Of a stretch of DNA of 64,000 bases, positions 23,783 to 38,968 are shown piece by piece (position 1 is the stretch's first letter; each line of letters starts with the position of its first letter). Made by a program: the position numbers and the translations under genes. The stretch lies in the NCBI GenBank assembly GCA_964016885.1, contig OZ024745.1:66030001-66094000 (forward strand). Reading direction: 5' to 3'. Origin of the DNA: Eledone cirrhosa (Eukaryota). The notes under the pieces were generated by a model, which was given only the letters and a program-made list of their open reading frames with translations, did not search any database and was not told where the DNA came from.

Positions 23783-26591
23783 TTCTAAAACATTTCTAAT
23801 ATTGTTGCTTAAAAAGATTTTTACAATACTAGTAATTATTTGATGTAGTCTATCCAGTAATCTTTAGCATTATTACTACCATCAACATGGCACTCTGGAA
23901 GTAATAACTGAAACATTTTTAAACATTATTTATTTTAACGTTTGTTTACTTTACGCGTTTACCTTTTCTTGTAATACTTTCTTTTTCATATTTTACTTTA
24001 TGCTGTTCTTATTTCCATACCAATTTATTTCACTATTTTATCCTGCCTTATTTTATTTTATTTTTTTAATAAATTTCTTAATCAAATATAAATGTTGATT
24101 TTCTTTTTATTGGTTTCTTTTTTATTTTGGTTTCCTTAAAATTCTAATTTTTATTTATTTTGCCTTCGATAACGAGCCAAAATTTTATGTTGTTATTTAC
24201 TCTTGATCAATTTCTTGCAAAGCGAATATTGATTAATAATTTCCCTCACAATAACGATGGTGATGAAGAAGATGATGATGATGATTATGATTATGATGAC
24301 GATTATTATTATTATTATGATGATGATGGATAACGATAAACATAATATTAATAATAATACATGAAAAACAAATAAAATTACAAACAGAAAACATCTATAA
24401 AACAACATCATACACTAAAAATTGTGTAATTACATAATCCTTTTCATACAATAATCTTTTTTTTTTCTTTCCCTTCTTTTTCCTTCACAGATTTTTTTTT
24501 TTTTTTTTTAAAATTGCATTCTTCATCATTTTCAAAGCAATGATATTCTGAAAAGTTTGCCATCCACACAAGATTATATTGAACTTTTCTCAGTGAGTAA
24601 ATTTTCCTCTCTGTCAGTAACTGATAAAATCTAAGTCAATATAATAAGAATTGTTAAGGGCAGTGGAGTGGTAAAATTATAGGAGACTGCATTAAAGGTT
24701 TTACAGTATTTAATTTCATCCCTCTATATACTCAAATGATATTCTATCAGAGTTCACTTTACTTTTATCCTCCATGGGTCAATAAAATATGTATTAGTCA
24801 TGCATTGAAGATTATTTAATTAAAAATCATTTCATGATTTATTTAAGGCCTAGATCCTGAGGTATAATCTGTAATAATGTATAGAAAAAATATTTTGTCA
24901 ATACATTTCAAAATAAACATGCTACTTAAATTTCTCTCGCACAATATGATGATGGTGATAATAATGACGTTGATCAGGTCGTATTTCCTTTTAATTAGCA
25001 TTTAGTTTAAGTAGGTGGAAACAGGATACACTTAAACTTTGCAGGCCATCTTAGATTAGAGAGGTTAATTCAGTTAATGCCCAGTTTGATCTTTCACAGA
25101 TTTAGACGATGCATTAAAGTACATCAGATTTGTGTAGAAACGAGTGAGCAAAATATTTATTGAAGGATTTGGATAATGAAACAAATTAGGGATGAAGAGA
25201 GAAAAGAAGAGGAAGTCATCCAGTGAAGTCGTTATAATAGCTGTAAAAGTGACTAAGTAAGACATAGCATATATGTTTTTGACATGTTGGAGAGTGAAAC
25301 ATTGTTAATCTACAAGAAGGCATTTTGGACATGCAGCTTACAATGCTACGTGTTGTTGTGTAGCCATTCAGTAGTGATGATCATGCAGATGTACAATAAG
25401 TATGTAGTTAGCATAATTACTTGGTGTATCTCACAAATTTATCAATTTTCCTTCTATACCATGCTTTTGTCTAGCCAATAATTGTACTACATATGCTGGC
25501 ATAAAATGGTTAACTGTATGGAATGTAGTGTTGAAGTAGGGCATGTCGTAATTTCACTAATGTCCAATGTATTTAAATATGCATGCAATGGAGAATGAAA
25601 CCAAAACATGGTCCTTGATATATGACTTGATATACACCACTCTGACTTTGTAGAAGATAATCAGTAAAACGTAAGTGATTAATTTTATAGACCAGCTTAT
25701 AGGTTGTAAGTTGTTTTGTGTCAGAAAATAGTCTAAATTTAAATTGTTTAAGAACTTGAGTAAAGCTTGAAATTATATACCAACTCTACCACAAACAGCT
25801 GAATATAATTGTCCATTATCCTACCGAGAGAAAGGTTCTTTCATCTAGAAAACACAAATATAATCGGGGTTAAGCTCTAGCTTTATGTATCTTTGGTGTT
25901 CATGAATACATGAAAAATTCTGCCATCAACTTAATGAATAGGTCAATGTCCTAATATGCCTGGTGGACGTGTCAGGATAAACAGCAATTTATTTCAAATG
26001 GAAAGGCTATTGAAGATCTATTTGTTTCATACAAAAGTCAATATTTCCATAGGGTACCTTTCCATCTAAGTATGGATATCTATAAATTAATTTCTTATTT
26101 ATCAATATTTGGTATTAGGCACTTTTTTTAAAAGATATTGTTTAATAGAAGCATAAGTAAGTCAAATTTAACATTATCAAAGAGTGAAACTAATAAGTTT
26201 ACAGCTGCTAAAAATAACAAGCGATAAAAGACATTTGTGGCAACTGTCAATAAATATGGTTTTGGGAATGTAATCGAACATGACGAATGAAACCAGAATC
26301 ATCTATCTCAACTCATATAAGAGCTTAAAAATCAATGATATACCCAAAGGTATATCATTGTACCATTTATATTTCACCATTGATCAGAATAGCATATTTC
26401 CTTCAATAGATGAGTATAGATTGTAACAAAGGCTATGTATGAAACAGCAAATACATTTGCATCAACTTCCAGAAATAGCCTAAAGTTACTTGGGTTTTAT
26501 TAAGAAGTACATGTATGAGAGTCGACCTTATATGGATATGTTGATATATTCAGTATTTCTAACTAAAACAAACATTATCTATTAATGCATT

Positions 26592-26704
26592 CTGAGTTCA
26601 AATCCCTCCGAGGTTAACTTTGTCTTTCATCCTTACAGGGTCGATAAAATAAAGTACCAGTAATGCACTAGGTAATTACTGGCCTTGTGCCAAAAGTAGA
26701 AACA
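26592..26704 (+). mobile_element. 5'-truncated SINE with 18-bp target-site duplication
   Basis: TSD attatctattaatgcatt at 26574-26591 and 26705-26722. Confidence 0.85.
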
Positions 26705-27849
26705 ATTATCTATTAATGCATTTTTGGTTTTGAGAAAACCTTTAAAACACTAAAATCTGGAAATACAGATAAATACTGAAGAAAATACAACACCTATAAT
26801 TATTTTAAATTTTGAATTCTTTGAATTTCCCAAACTAATGCACTAGTAATTTGTTATTTCAATTTCAGGAATATTGTATCAGATTTAATAAATATGTTCT
26901 TGCTTTAGTTTTTGTAGACCTAGAATAAATTTACTTTAGAATACAATAACGATGAAATTAAGACTACAATTTGGGATCCAAATAAAGCAATAAATAGACG
27001 TAATTATTTTTTTATAATCTGCTTCATTGCATTTAGATTTACATTTCTATCGAACGCATTGCATTCAGTTTAGGCTTGCATTCTCACATTCTCACCTTGT
27101 TTGCTTCAAATATTGTTGGTAATTTAAAGTCACTGTATAGAGATAATATTTGAAAACACAAAATATTTGTATTTTCAATTATTATCTTATGCTTACATAC
27201 AATTTTCACATTCATTGAAACATTCTAATAGATATATAATTCATATACCTGCAAATGAAGACAAATTATTCTTGATGGAATTCAAGGGAGGATACAATGA
27301 CGTATCCTTGTTCTCATGGTAAAATTAGAAATTAGGGAATTAATTGCTCAATTATCTATTTATGGACATAAAGATAAAACCATTCAGAGTTGTATTCAAG
27401 GAACAGGGATAATTTGTAGTGTAAATGTACAGACTTAAATTTTAGTTAGTAGGTTTAAAATAAAAAATATGAAACTCTTACATGCACAAAGCAATGTTTT
27501 ATTTCTGCAGAAGGAATATCTCAAACACAGGTCCTGCTTATGTTGCATTATTGAAGTATTATTGTGTTCAGCTCCTCGTGTTGGACGATAGAATACTACC
27601 AATTGATGATATACTAGTAGTGAAGCATCATTAGGATTGGACTATATTTGACGAAAATATAGACATATATACTAAGATAGCACTCAATTACACTAAGTGA
27701 CTTGTAGCCCCCATTGAGACTCAGACTTCAATCAATACCTTGGGTCAAACGTTGATCATTGTGGCTGCTACACCGATGTATTGGTGCTACCTCACTATCT
27801 AGAAAGAAACTCCCTGTTTGTATCTGCTATATTAAGAATTTTCACCCTG

Positions 27850-28800
27850 CAATAGAATACTCATAAAAAAAATTGAAAATTATGGAGTACTGGGAAAGGA
27901 CTATTATGATTGGAAAATTACTTAAGCAATAGATATCAGTTTGTGTAAATTGACGACACTAAATCCTCAGGTCCCTTCCTTTTTCTTATATATGTCAATG
28001 ATATGCACCATGAAGTTTCACTTTTAAATGATATCATGTTTGCTGATTATACAAATCTTTTCTTAGCTGATAAAGACTACTGCACATTATTCAAAGAAAT
28101 GAACAACCAATTATCACACATGAATGAGTTGTGTTCATGCTAACTACACTCTATTCTGTTCATCAGCTAATGACAATGATCTACCAGTACATGCCCTACA
28201 AAAACTTGATTTTGGCTCAAAAGAAGTAAGAAAGTCCACATATACAAGTTTCTGGTAATCCTTATTGACGAAAATCTGATTTATAAATTGTGCATTCAAG
28301 CTATAGAATCCAAACTATTGATACAAATTGGAATAATCTGTAGGAGACGTAAAATTTCGGAGAACGAAGCAATGGAAATGTTATATTTTTCTTTTGTTAA
28401 TCCATATTTAATATACAGTAACCTATCTTGGGGTAGTGTCAAAGAGATAAAATTAAGTTGACTTTATATTTTACAAAGATATGCTGTCAGGATTATATCA
28501 AAGGCTCCCAGAAGCACCCACACTTGGCCTTTAATACTTGATGATAAAATCTAAAAATTTCTGAAATATATTTGGCTTCTCACTTGAGAGTAACTTTCAA
28601 AATGTATCTCAACTCTCTACAGCAGGAGGAATTTATAAAGAATATTCACAAATATCAGATGAAGTATTTTAGGGCAACATCCAAATGTAATAGTTCTGCC
28701 ATAACACAATTTAATAAATTCAGCTACTACTATCATAGTCCAGTTGCCTGGAATATTTTTTATGCACAGATGCAATTCTTCCAAATTTAAAATATATAAA
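27850..28800 (+). pseudogene. Decayed CR1/L2-type LINE reverse transcriptase remnant
   Basis: GPFLFLIYVNDM...IMFADYTNLF, plus LYFSFVNPYLIYSNLSWGS thumb motif. Confidence 0.75.
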
Positions 28801-30299
28801 AATATGCTGTTAAAATATATAAAAATATGCTAACATTTAAAAAAGTATTTCAAAATTTGTAAATAATATAAAAAATGACTTTACATAGAGTTTACATTTA
28901 TAGGCCATCACAAAAAGGATGATTTTTTTTTTTTCTTTTTTTGCTATAATCCTTCTCGATGACCTCACTAGACTGTTTAAAGCATTCTCAATAATGAGCC
29001 ACTTTATTCCATTCCTAACAACTTTTTATTCTCTTCTTTGTAAATAGTGAATCATACTTTTTCTTTTATGCACCTTTTTTATAGTTTAAATTTATACATG
29101 GCTAATGAAATAAATGCTAAGAAAAAGAAAACAAAAGAAGAAAAAAGAAAAACTCCAAAGTTGCCAATGCCAGTATGAACTTTCTTGATATGTCATCAAT
29201 CCAACTACCTATACTCAGTACCAAACAATAGACTCTCACTCCTATCTAAACTGTTATTACTCACAATGCCATACACCAGATCTATCTTTTTTCCAACTGT
29301 GAGCAAATGTATGAGTTTTCCTATCACACAGATAAACCCACCTCAATAGAATTTCGAAATGGTATATTTCTTACTCCAAGAAACAAAGTAAATGGCATCA
29401 TAATGATTTTATATCATTTCAAACTACATTAATATATGTTTAAATTACAGAGATGTATTTTCTTCTTATTTTTTCAGTCATGGAAAAGGACAGATTTTCT
29501 CTAATATAGTTTCTTAGTTATAGTATCAAATCTATGTTTTAAGTTGTATACCAAGCCTTTGGCAAATATTCTTGAATGTATTTGGATTTACTGTGAATAC
29601 AGTTTTGAGTGTGACTGATTGAAAGAGGTGCACACTCCCAATTAGTTCTCATTTATCATTTGCTATGTAATATAATTTCTCTTGAAATATGTGAAGATCA
29701 AATTTGTACCTTGAAATCCATCTATTATTCATATGCTCTATCAACACAATGTTTCTAACAAAACTGAAAGTTAATACTGATAGCATTAACTTTTACTAAG
29801 AAATATGCTAGGCCCCCACCACCACACAGAGAAATTAATATTATTGTCATTAAGGTAAACAATTCCAGACTTTATAAAACCATCCTCAATGCATTTCTAT
29901 CTGCATACACTGAATATATTCACATATACATAAATATACATCCATATAGACATATACACACATTCATATAATATTCAAGCAAATGGCAGGGTTCATGTCT
30001 ATAAACATGTCCAGCACACACGCATCCTAACATATTCAAATGTCAGCCAAACGATACTACTTGCAATGTTATTATGAACACACTATCATTTATATTCATG
30101 CTGAACAAATACAAGATATTGAACTGAAAACCATTAGATCTGCATTTCAAACCAAAATTCAGAATCCCTTCAATGAATATTTAACAATGAAGAATCTTGT
30201 ACCTGTGCAAGACTATATTTTCTATTCTAGCTCTAGCATATAAATACAATTTCTGTGCTGTATATTTAGAGGGGATGATGGTTACTTTCATCAGCATAA

Positions 30300-31700
30300 A
30301 TGTTGTAGTCAGATATATAATAGAAAGAGTGAAGGATACCTAAACAAACTGTCATATATACAGAAGTTAATAGAATATGGCCAAAGGAGCTACATCAATG
30401 TACTCGAATAAAGTTGGCTAATAGTAAATTTAAGGTAAACCATGTGTGCAAAATTAGTTATTTTGAAGTACCATATAAAGACATTCTCATGGACAAAATG
30501 TTCAAAGATGCTGTCAGAGACAAGATTGCTGTTTCCAAAATACTCAAAGGTGAGAAGTCACAGGTATGTAATAGATGAGAACATTAGCCCCTTGAAACTG
30601 TGATAAAACAAATGCTTATCTATCACATTTGAAATGCTGAATTTGAGTAAATTATAAGGTCAAAGATGTTTCTTTTCTGTTGTGTGTTTTTATACATTGG
30701 AATAAATCAATCTTAGGTTCACAGTGGCTCCCTAAAATTCATAAAAAGGATAGGTCGGTTGAAACCAAAATTGTAAAAAGCTCTGGGGTAAAATGTATAA
30801 TTACTCAATATAAGGCTGGTTAAGATAAACTGACAAATTATGGGAAGTAACTACATTAAGCTTATTTTGAAGTGTAAAAACTAAAGAAAGGTAACAAAAT
30901 TATGAAAAATTGGTAAGGAATCATAATACTCCATATCGTGAATATGATACATGTCAACTGAAAATGAACTAATAACAGGATTAATAGCATATGTGAACAC
31001 AACGTATGTGACCATGGTATGTTTGGATAAACTCTGTTTGATACATGTTGAACTTTGGTGAATTATTCACTTCATACCAATATTCATTACAGCGACAATA
31101 ATTCCCAATATACCTAGCCATATATTACCTTAACAACTATAGATCTGTTGTTAACAAATGGAAGCACATCAAAATGAAAAATTAGTGTTAACACACATAA
31201 GGATGCAACACTGGCTTATCATTTAAAATGAAAACACCTGTAAATATTGTGATGTAGATTTAACCTTTGAATTGATATACAGATGTCAGGAAGGTGTTCG
31301 GAAACCAGAGGATGTTTTCCATTATAAAACAGTGTCCAATCAAGATATGACATCGTGAAAATGTCACTGGCATTTAGAAATGTATCATGAAGAATATATC
31401 AACACTCCTGTTTAGTATTGTCGAAGATAATGCTTGAGAATTGCATTGTGGACATAATTCAATTGTAAAATTAGAATTTGGCTGTATTTATATGTATGAT
31501 ATATTTTTCTTTTAATGTGAGATTTCACACTCAATAGCAAAGAAAATATTTTTCTCTGCTGCCACAGCAATCACATATACAATGTGTGGAGACAAAGTGA
31601 CTAACAATTATATAATTTTATTATCAAACAATATTGTGAAGAGGCAAGATCAATATTGAGAAAATGTTGTCAAGTGTTTAGTGGGAGTAGGAATTAATTG
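30300..31700 (+). pseudogene. Highly decayed piggyBac-like transposase relic
   Basis: Scattered fragments resembling IRPL, LKFIKG and LFTSYQ in the expected order; no open frame. Confidence 0.3.
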
Positions 31701-32424
31701 TCATTTTTTAGTTGGAATTATTGCAGATTTAGCAATTGATGGCTGTAAGTGGAGTTGAGAGAGAGGATTTCAGTAGATTCTTTCAGAGAAGTTTTGTTAT
31801 GTATGTGTAGATGTACTTAAAAGGAAAACAGACTGCAAAGGTAATGGATTTATCAGTAGAAGAGCTACTGGTAGTCATTTTAGTGGATTAACACAATGGA
31901 AATTTTTGTAATGTTAGAAGTTATCCTCTTATCAAGGTATCAGCACGGTTAGCTGCAATTTAGAAACTGAAGGTGCATAGAAGATAAGTGGTGCTCATGG
32001 ATAATCTTTGGTGTCATGATGATCACCTTTCAGAAACTGGAGAGGTTGGGGTGGAAAAATGAGATCAGGCAAGTAGATTATTCCAAATGCATAAGCAGTA
32101 TTGTTTGCATGTGCATCTGTAAGTGAACTTCTTGGTGATTTAAGTGTTGCAATCTTAGTCAGCTAAAATATATAGGATATCAGTCATGCACTTTATTGTT
32201 TTAGATGAACTGCAATTAAAATATATAGCTGCTAAATCAATCAGCATAAAACCAGCAAAGCTAGATGGTTTCAGAAAGATTGCCTCAATTATATTTATCG
32301 CATAAAACTACTTTTATTAGCAAATATTTATTTTTTTCTATTTTCTTTTTTATAATATGCTTCTTAGCAAGTTATACATAAGCCGCATGATAACAAGCCA
32401 TTATTGCTAACGTTATTGCCATAC

Positions 32425-32625
32425 TGGTGGATTTCAGAGTTGCTAGAGCATCAAATAAATGCATTACTATTTGTTCTGGTTCTTTCCGCTCTTGGCTCAA
32501 ATCCCGCCAAGATCAACTTCGCCTTTCATCCCGTTAAAGTTCATAAAATAAAGTTCCAGCAAAAGACTCAGTAAATATAATTGACCTTCCTTTCTCACAA
32601 ATTGCTGATCTTGTCCTAAATTAGA
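32425..32625 (+). mobile_element. Degenerate SINE
   Basis: ctcaaatcccgccaagatcaacttcgcctttcatcc core. Confidence 0.7.
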
Positions 32626-34519
32626 AATAATTATTACCTTACCAAAGACAGTGGATTCACGGTATCCATAGAGCATTGGGCAAAATGCTTTGTCGTAGTT
32701 AGTTAAGAATTTGCCTTTCACACTTCTTGGGTTAATTAATTAAATCTTGGCCATAACATGATAGACTTTCTCCTTCCCCAAAACTGTTTACATTATTCTG
32801 TTGTAATGCATTTAGCAAGAATATAGAATTCTGAAACCACTCTTAAGAAACCATTTTACAAATACAATCATTTTTTCTTACATACTGATTAGTGCTCTAC
32901 ATCTACAGCACATTTTTCTTTAATATACAATTGATGCACTTGTTTGTTAGTGTATATCTAAACAGATTTGTTTGTAGAATGTAACTCTTTAATGATTTTA
33001 CGGGAATAAAGGATTAGAGTTCCATGTTAAAATACAAAACTAAATGAGTTATTGAACTTATTTATTTGTAGCTTTATTGGTATTGACTTGAATTAGGAAT
33101 CATATTATTCTATGGTTTCAGGAATTGTTACTTACAACATTCAAAGCCATCTTTAAACATTTAAAGTTTTTTGTTATAGAGAATTCTCATATTTGAAACA
33201 CAGCTTTTGTTAAAATATACATATAAAGCTTGTAAATTATATTGAAATTGAATGTCTTAGCAATAAAACATTGACTTCAGGTATATGAAAAACAAAGTAT
33301 TTTTAAGGTTTAATTCAAATCTGTTTATAATGTATTTGGAAATGTTTTTGTTTCATCTTTCCTTAGTAATTTTGACGTTGATGCTTTAAAATTAAATAGA
33401 TTTAAAATATGATTTATGATTCATAAAAATGAATAAAATTGAAAAACAAACTCAGACTAATTATTTTCACTGTGAATAACTTTTGTCATTGCAATAACAT
33501 AATAACATGCCTGCAAGGAAAATGCCAAAAGCTTGAAACTTACTCTTCAATTAATAACTGCTCTCATATGTTATCTATTTAAATAGCATCAATTTTATTC
33601 TTTCTCTCAGGAACTGAGTTGTTACAATCAACAAAAAAATAACAATTGCATTATTTCAGTTAGATATCAAATTATTAACATATAATCATTATAATATATT
33701 ATAACATTCAAAGCGAGTGTTTTTTTAAAATATGTATTTTGTTTATTGTACTAAGAAAATAAATCTAAAACTGACAAATATTTAAACATAGACATAAATA
33801 TGACATTATGTATCTTTTATCAAATATAAAGTTGGAAAACACTTTCCATACTAATGTAGTCGCTACATCTCAGAATGTTGAAAAATACTTGGAAACATTT
33901 AAAGATATTTATGTGTCATTCTCATCCTCAGTTAACTGAGTTACAAATGTGTCTCATCTGTATATGGAAAATTAAGTAATTGATTAGATATTTTGTATCC
34001 AGTGATCTGTAAAATAGCAGTAACCCATACACACCTATAAAAGTGCAACATGCCTATATTTCTATTCTGTTGCTACACAAATTATGTCTCCTTAATTTAT
34101 CAGCTGCTATGGCCTATTACCACTAATTGTATATTATTCATAATTCTTACTATAAGCTGCAATAGTAATTTTACAATTTTATATTGTAAAATAGAAATAT
34201 TTTATATATGTTCTTTATTTCAAGAAATACAACTTAAATTATTCCATATTTATTACCACAAACACAAGACTTCCAGCAAATTATAATAGAGGTTATATTT
34301 TCACATTGCCAAAACATACAAAGAACAAGTCGTTCACTTCTTGTTGATGTGAAACCCTAGGAAAGCTATGATTGAACACATCTATTAAAAATGGTAATCC
34401 ACTTATGAACAGCCTGTTTATTTTCTTAAGCACAATGTATTCCATACTACTCTAAACAATGTGTCATTTCATACGAAATCAGAGTGTGTAACTTGAGGGA
34501 TATTTAACAATTATTTCTA

Positions 34520-34740
34520 GCAGAGCCATGGGTTCAATTCCTGTGCTGTGTTTCATGCTGTGTTCTTGAGCGAAACACTTCATTTCCTGTTGCTCCAATA
34601 TACTCAAACAAAAACGAGCACCAGCAACAGCTGGGGTGTTAACCCTGTAATGGACTAGCATCTTCTCCAGGGGAAGAGTCACTTCCCACCGCGAAACCAA
34701 GATAAGCACAAGTCTAATGAGCCTTCTGGTTTGAGACAGA
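34520..34740 (-). mobile_element. Degenerate tRNA-derived SINE fragment (strand uncertain)
   Basis: ggttcaattcctg...gtgttcttgagcgaaacacttcatttc core, shared with 290-520 and 37618-37760. Confidence 0.45.
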
Positions 34741-35135
34741 CTTTAGACTTTTTTTTAGACATAAACTAACCATGTAGAGTCTCTTTTGTTGGCATGGACA
34801 CTTTTCTTCAAAGAAGTACTTTAGTACAGGGTCACAATTGCTTACATTACATATAAATATTTCTCACTATATCGTAATGTTTCTATGTTTGGTCTATCCT
34901 TCAATCACTAACTTTTTAAATGAATCAGCAAGGAAGTTCTCAATGTAGTCATTTGACCTGCTAGAAATAAGCCACATTACCTGGGGATCACACCTAACCA
35001 TCTAAAAAAAGAGAAAAACTCTGATTGAATAACATTCTACTGGATGGACAATCACAGGGTAGTCAAGACCTAATTTGGCTCAATCAATATCATTGTTATT
35101 ATAATTTCAGTAAAACCAACCACTATCACTATAAG

Positions 35136-35168
<33 letters not shown>

Positions 35169-35199
35169 ATCAACAACAAATGATAATAGTATTGATAAT

Positions 35200-35820
35200 A
35201 ATTGTTTCTATTTTAGGCACAAGGCCATCAATTTGAAGAGGAGGGGAAAAGTCGATTAAATTGACCTCAGTGCATTACTGGTGCTTTATTTTATCGACCC
35301 TGTAAGGATGAAATGCAAATCTAACTTTGGTGTGATTTGAACTCAGACCGTAAAGGGCCGTAACTCCACGCTGCAAAGCATGTTGTCCGACACTCTCCTA
35401 ATACTGCTAAATAATAATGGTTTCTGATTTATGCACAATGCCAGCGTTTGTATGGGGAGAGGAAAGTCGATTAAATCGACCCCAGTGTATGACCGGTACT
35501 TTATTTTATTGACCCCGTAAAGATGATAGGCAAAGTTGACTTTGATGGAATTTGCACTCAGAATATAAAGAGCTGGAATAAATTCCACAAATCCTTTCAT
35601 CCAATGTTCTAATGGTTCTGCTAATCCACTATCCACCTTAAGTTTCTTATATAGGGAGAAGGATAGAATTTTGCCTTATCTTTTTTGTGGGAGGGGAGGA
35701 AGGTGGTAGTCTATTATATTGACCCAGTACATGACTGTTAGGTATTTTATTTTGTCGACTTCAGAAGGATGAAGAGTAAAATTGGCCTTAGAAGGATTTG
35801 GAACCAGAACATAGAAGGAA
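35200..35820 (-). mobile_element. Cluster of three SINE copies in tandem
   Basis: Repeated tttattttatcgacccc..aaggatgaa..gcaaa core near 35290, 35505 and 35750. Confidence 0.8.
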
Positions 35821-37617
35821 CATTGGAAATACATTAATCAAATGAGAGCTAGAATTGTAAAAGTCAAGATAATAGATAAAAAGTGGAGATGAAGCTCCTT
35901 TCAATGATACCATGTGTATTTGACTGGCATAGATCCACAAACTATTGAAAAGCAGTTGAAATACTTTCTAATGCAAGCAACATGCACCTTTGCTGAGCTG
36001 GCAATTTACAACGAAGATACTGGAAAATGTGTTCAACTGAATGTAAAGTAGATTTGATAAGAAAAAGGAGAAAACTTAAACGATATATTTCTAAGAAATA
36101 ATATAGAAGAATAGTGAAAGGTTGAATTATTGTAATTATTTTCACATCCTATATATATTCGTATAAACCTAATGAGGTTTGGAATTGGATATTTTGAAGC
36201 AATGGATCAAATAGATTATTTCTATTGATGAAGCACCATTCAGCAATATATAATATGATTAGGAAAATATCAAATGACATGATCATTTAATTAGCGGTTT
36301 TCCTATTCTCCCTACCATCACCATTGCAGAATTCAATAAGTATCATTAAAGAGCATTATTTTATTCAATACTTCTACTACTGCAACACCTATACTGGAAA
36401 ATGTTCACATTGACTACATTTCCATTTTATGTATGTAACAATGCATCTATAATTATGATTTATCATCATCATCATCAAAATCATTATCAACATAATCTTT
36501 ATCAAGGTCATCATAATTCTTACCACAATCAGAAAAAGCCAAACTACCACCACAACTACCACCACTATCATAATCTGTGTTGAAGAGTAACTCATGTTGA
36601 CTTCAACTGCCATCTTTGAGTAAGAGTGTTGAAGGTGCATATATTTTGGTTGTGAAAACCTACCAAAGCTGATAAATTTGTGATAATATAATCAATAATA
36701 TAATCATGGATCACTATGTGAAACTAATTTTTCCCTGTCCTGAGATACCTTTGTACACCTCATAGCTAGTTGTATCATGATATATACATGGTAGAGATGC
36801 TGATGAAAATAACAACTGAAGATGGGTGACATTTTATCCTGTTTAGTATTCTTACTACCTAAGGTTACTCTCATGATCTAGCCAATCAATCAAGGTATAA
36901 TTGTAGTCTGCAAGAGATTATGCAAAGGAAACACATTCAATGACATTCTCATAGTAAAAAGACTGTTCTCTGGGATCACACAAGGACAAGGAAATCTCAG
37001 TAACATCAAAAATTACCATCTAATGTTTTTTCATCTTTAATTTAACAAACTTCATGGCAAACACTGATAACAACCACTCTAGTCAAAATTTGGAAAATAA
37101 TTTTGTATGGTGTAGATGTAGCAAACGACATTGAAAGTTTATAAACACTGCATTTTCATCATATATTCTAGAGGGCAGGAGAAGCGGATATTAAAGAAAA
37201 AGAAATGAATTCTAGCAAGAAGATACTAAGGGTGACTCTAAGATGAAGTTGTTGTTTGTGACATCAACAGTGGGGAAGAATGGTAAAGTCAGCAAACCAT
37301 TACTGAAGAAATTCAACCTCTTTTGATAATGTCATATCATACATTCACTTGTCAAAAGAAAAGTTTCCTGATCAACAACATTATCATTGCTTTGGATTCT
37401 TAAGATGACTCTTTACCCAGAAGCAGCTTTAGCAAAGCAAACGACTGAAATTTAACTCATAGTTCTGGCTAATTCCTCTCTCCTAGCTGTTATTGTTAAG
37501 CCAGTTCATTTTTTATCAGGGTCTCAAGGTGATATATGTATATATATATATATGTATATATATGTATACATATGTATATATATGTATATATATGTATGTA
37601 TATATATGTATATATAT

Positions 37618-37972
37618 GGAGCCACATGGCTTAGTGGTTAGAGCATTGGGCTTGCAATCGAAAGGTTGTGAGTTCAATTCTCAGACCAGGTGATGTGTTG
37701 TTTCCTTGAGCAAGACACTTTATTTCACATTGCTCCAGTTTACTCAGCATTAGAAATGAGATGATAGGACTGGGGTCCCTATCATTCCTCTGCAAAGTGG
37801 TCGTGGAGGTGCCACGGCAAAAAAGCACCCAGTCCACGCTGTAAAGTGGACGTGTAGGCGCCATGGAAAAAAAGCATCCAGCTGTAGAAATCAAGCCAGA
37901 ATCAGTTCCCATCCCAACCTTGCAATCAGGGAAAAGCGGACGTAAAATGATGATGATGATGATGATGATGAT
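37618..37972 (+). mobile_element. tRNA-derived SINE with an RTE-like 3' tail
   Basis: tggcttagtggttagagc (A-box), gagttcaattc (B-box); 3' aaaagcggacgtaaaatgatgatg identical to the RTE end at 44300-44325. Confidence 0.85.
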
Positions 37973-38496
37973 AATGTATGTATATGTAACGTGGTAGGTG
38001 TTAGGAAGGGCATCCAGCTGTAGAAAACCTGCCAGACAGTCCCATACGAGCTAGACGACCAATCTTGCCTCAAGTGGGACAATTCCGTCTAAACCCATGC
38101 TAGCGTGGAAGATAGACGTTAAACGATCATGATGTATATATATATAGTTAGACATTCCCTGGGCTAATACTGTCCAAACCTATCAAAGTTATCAAAGTTA
38201 TACATATATATATATACATATGGAATATGTGTATATATATGGAAAAAATGAAATTTCATTTCTCACTCTTAGTACGGCTGATACTTAAATATAAGTATGT
38301 ATACGTACATACATATATGTATACAGACGTACAGTAGTATGTATATACATACATACATGCACACATATATATATGTACGTATGCGTTTGCCGAACATTTA
38401 TTATAATGTCCAGTTTGTTTGTAAACAAACAGCCCGAATTATGCTGTACAGTGTTCGGCAACCATCGTTGCTCTTTTGTTCAACACTGACAAAGGA

Positions 38497-38539
38497 ACGG
38501 TGAACTAGTTTCTAGCTTATTAGCTGTCATCAGCACCGT
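38497..38539 (-). ncRNA. Type I hammerhead ribozyme with palindromic stem III
   Basis: acggtg-CTGATGA-c-agct(aata)agct-a-GAA-ACTAGT-T-caccgt. Confidence 0.85.
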
Positions 38540-38925
38540 ATACCTTCCTGTCAGTCGATTGGACGTTTGAAAGTATATACTTCCTTTATGCATATTAACG
38601 ACTGAGCAGCCTAATTTGCATATCGAGTGAGTTAGTCGGCCGGTCGTACCGTATACGATAAATAGAAAAAATGAAATTTCATTTCTCACTCTTAGTGCGG
38701 CTGATACTTAAATATAAATATGTATACGTACATACATATATGCATACAGACGTACAGTAGTATGTATATACATACATACATGCACATATATATATATATA
38801 TATGTACATATGGGTTTACCGAACATTTATCATAATGTTCGGTATGGTTGTAAACAAACAGCCCGAATTAAGTCGTACAGTGTTCGGCAACCATCGTTGC
38901 CCTTTTGTTCAACACTGAAAAAGGA

Positions 38926-38968
38926 ACGATGAACTAGTTTCTAGCTTATTAGCCGTCATCAGCACCGT
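38926..38968 (-). ncRNA. Type I hammerhead ribozyme (second unit)
   Basis: acggtg-CTGATGA-cggctaataagcta-GAA-ACTAGT-T-catcgt; the changes are G-U wobbles. Confidence 0.8.

Noticed and set aside
23500-37600. Possible host-gene exons in the long AT-rich stretch, including acceptor-like sites near 27510 and 29478
   Set aside because: No convincing open exon with recognisable protein similarity; RNA-seq would be needed.
37618-37692. Possible tRNA gene
   Set aside because: It is the tRNA-derived head of a SINE and continues into the SINE core and LINE tail.
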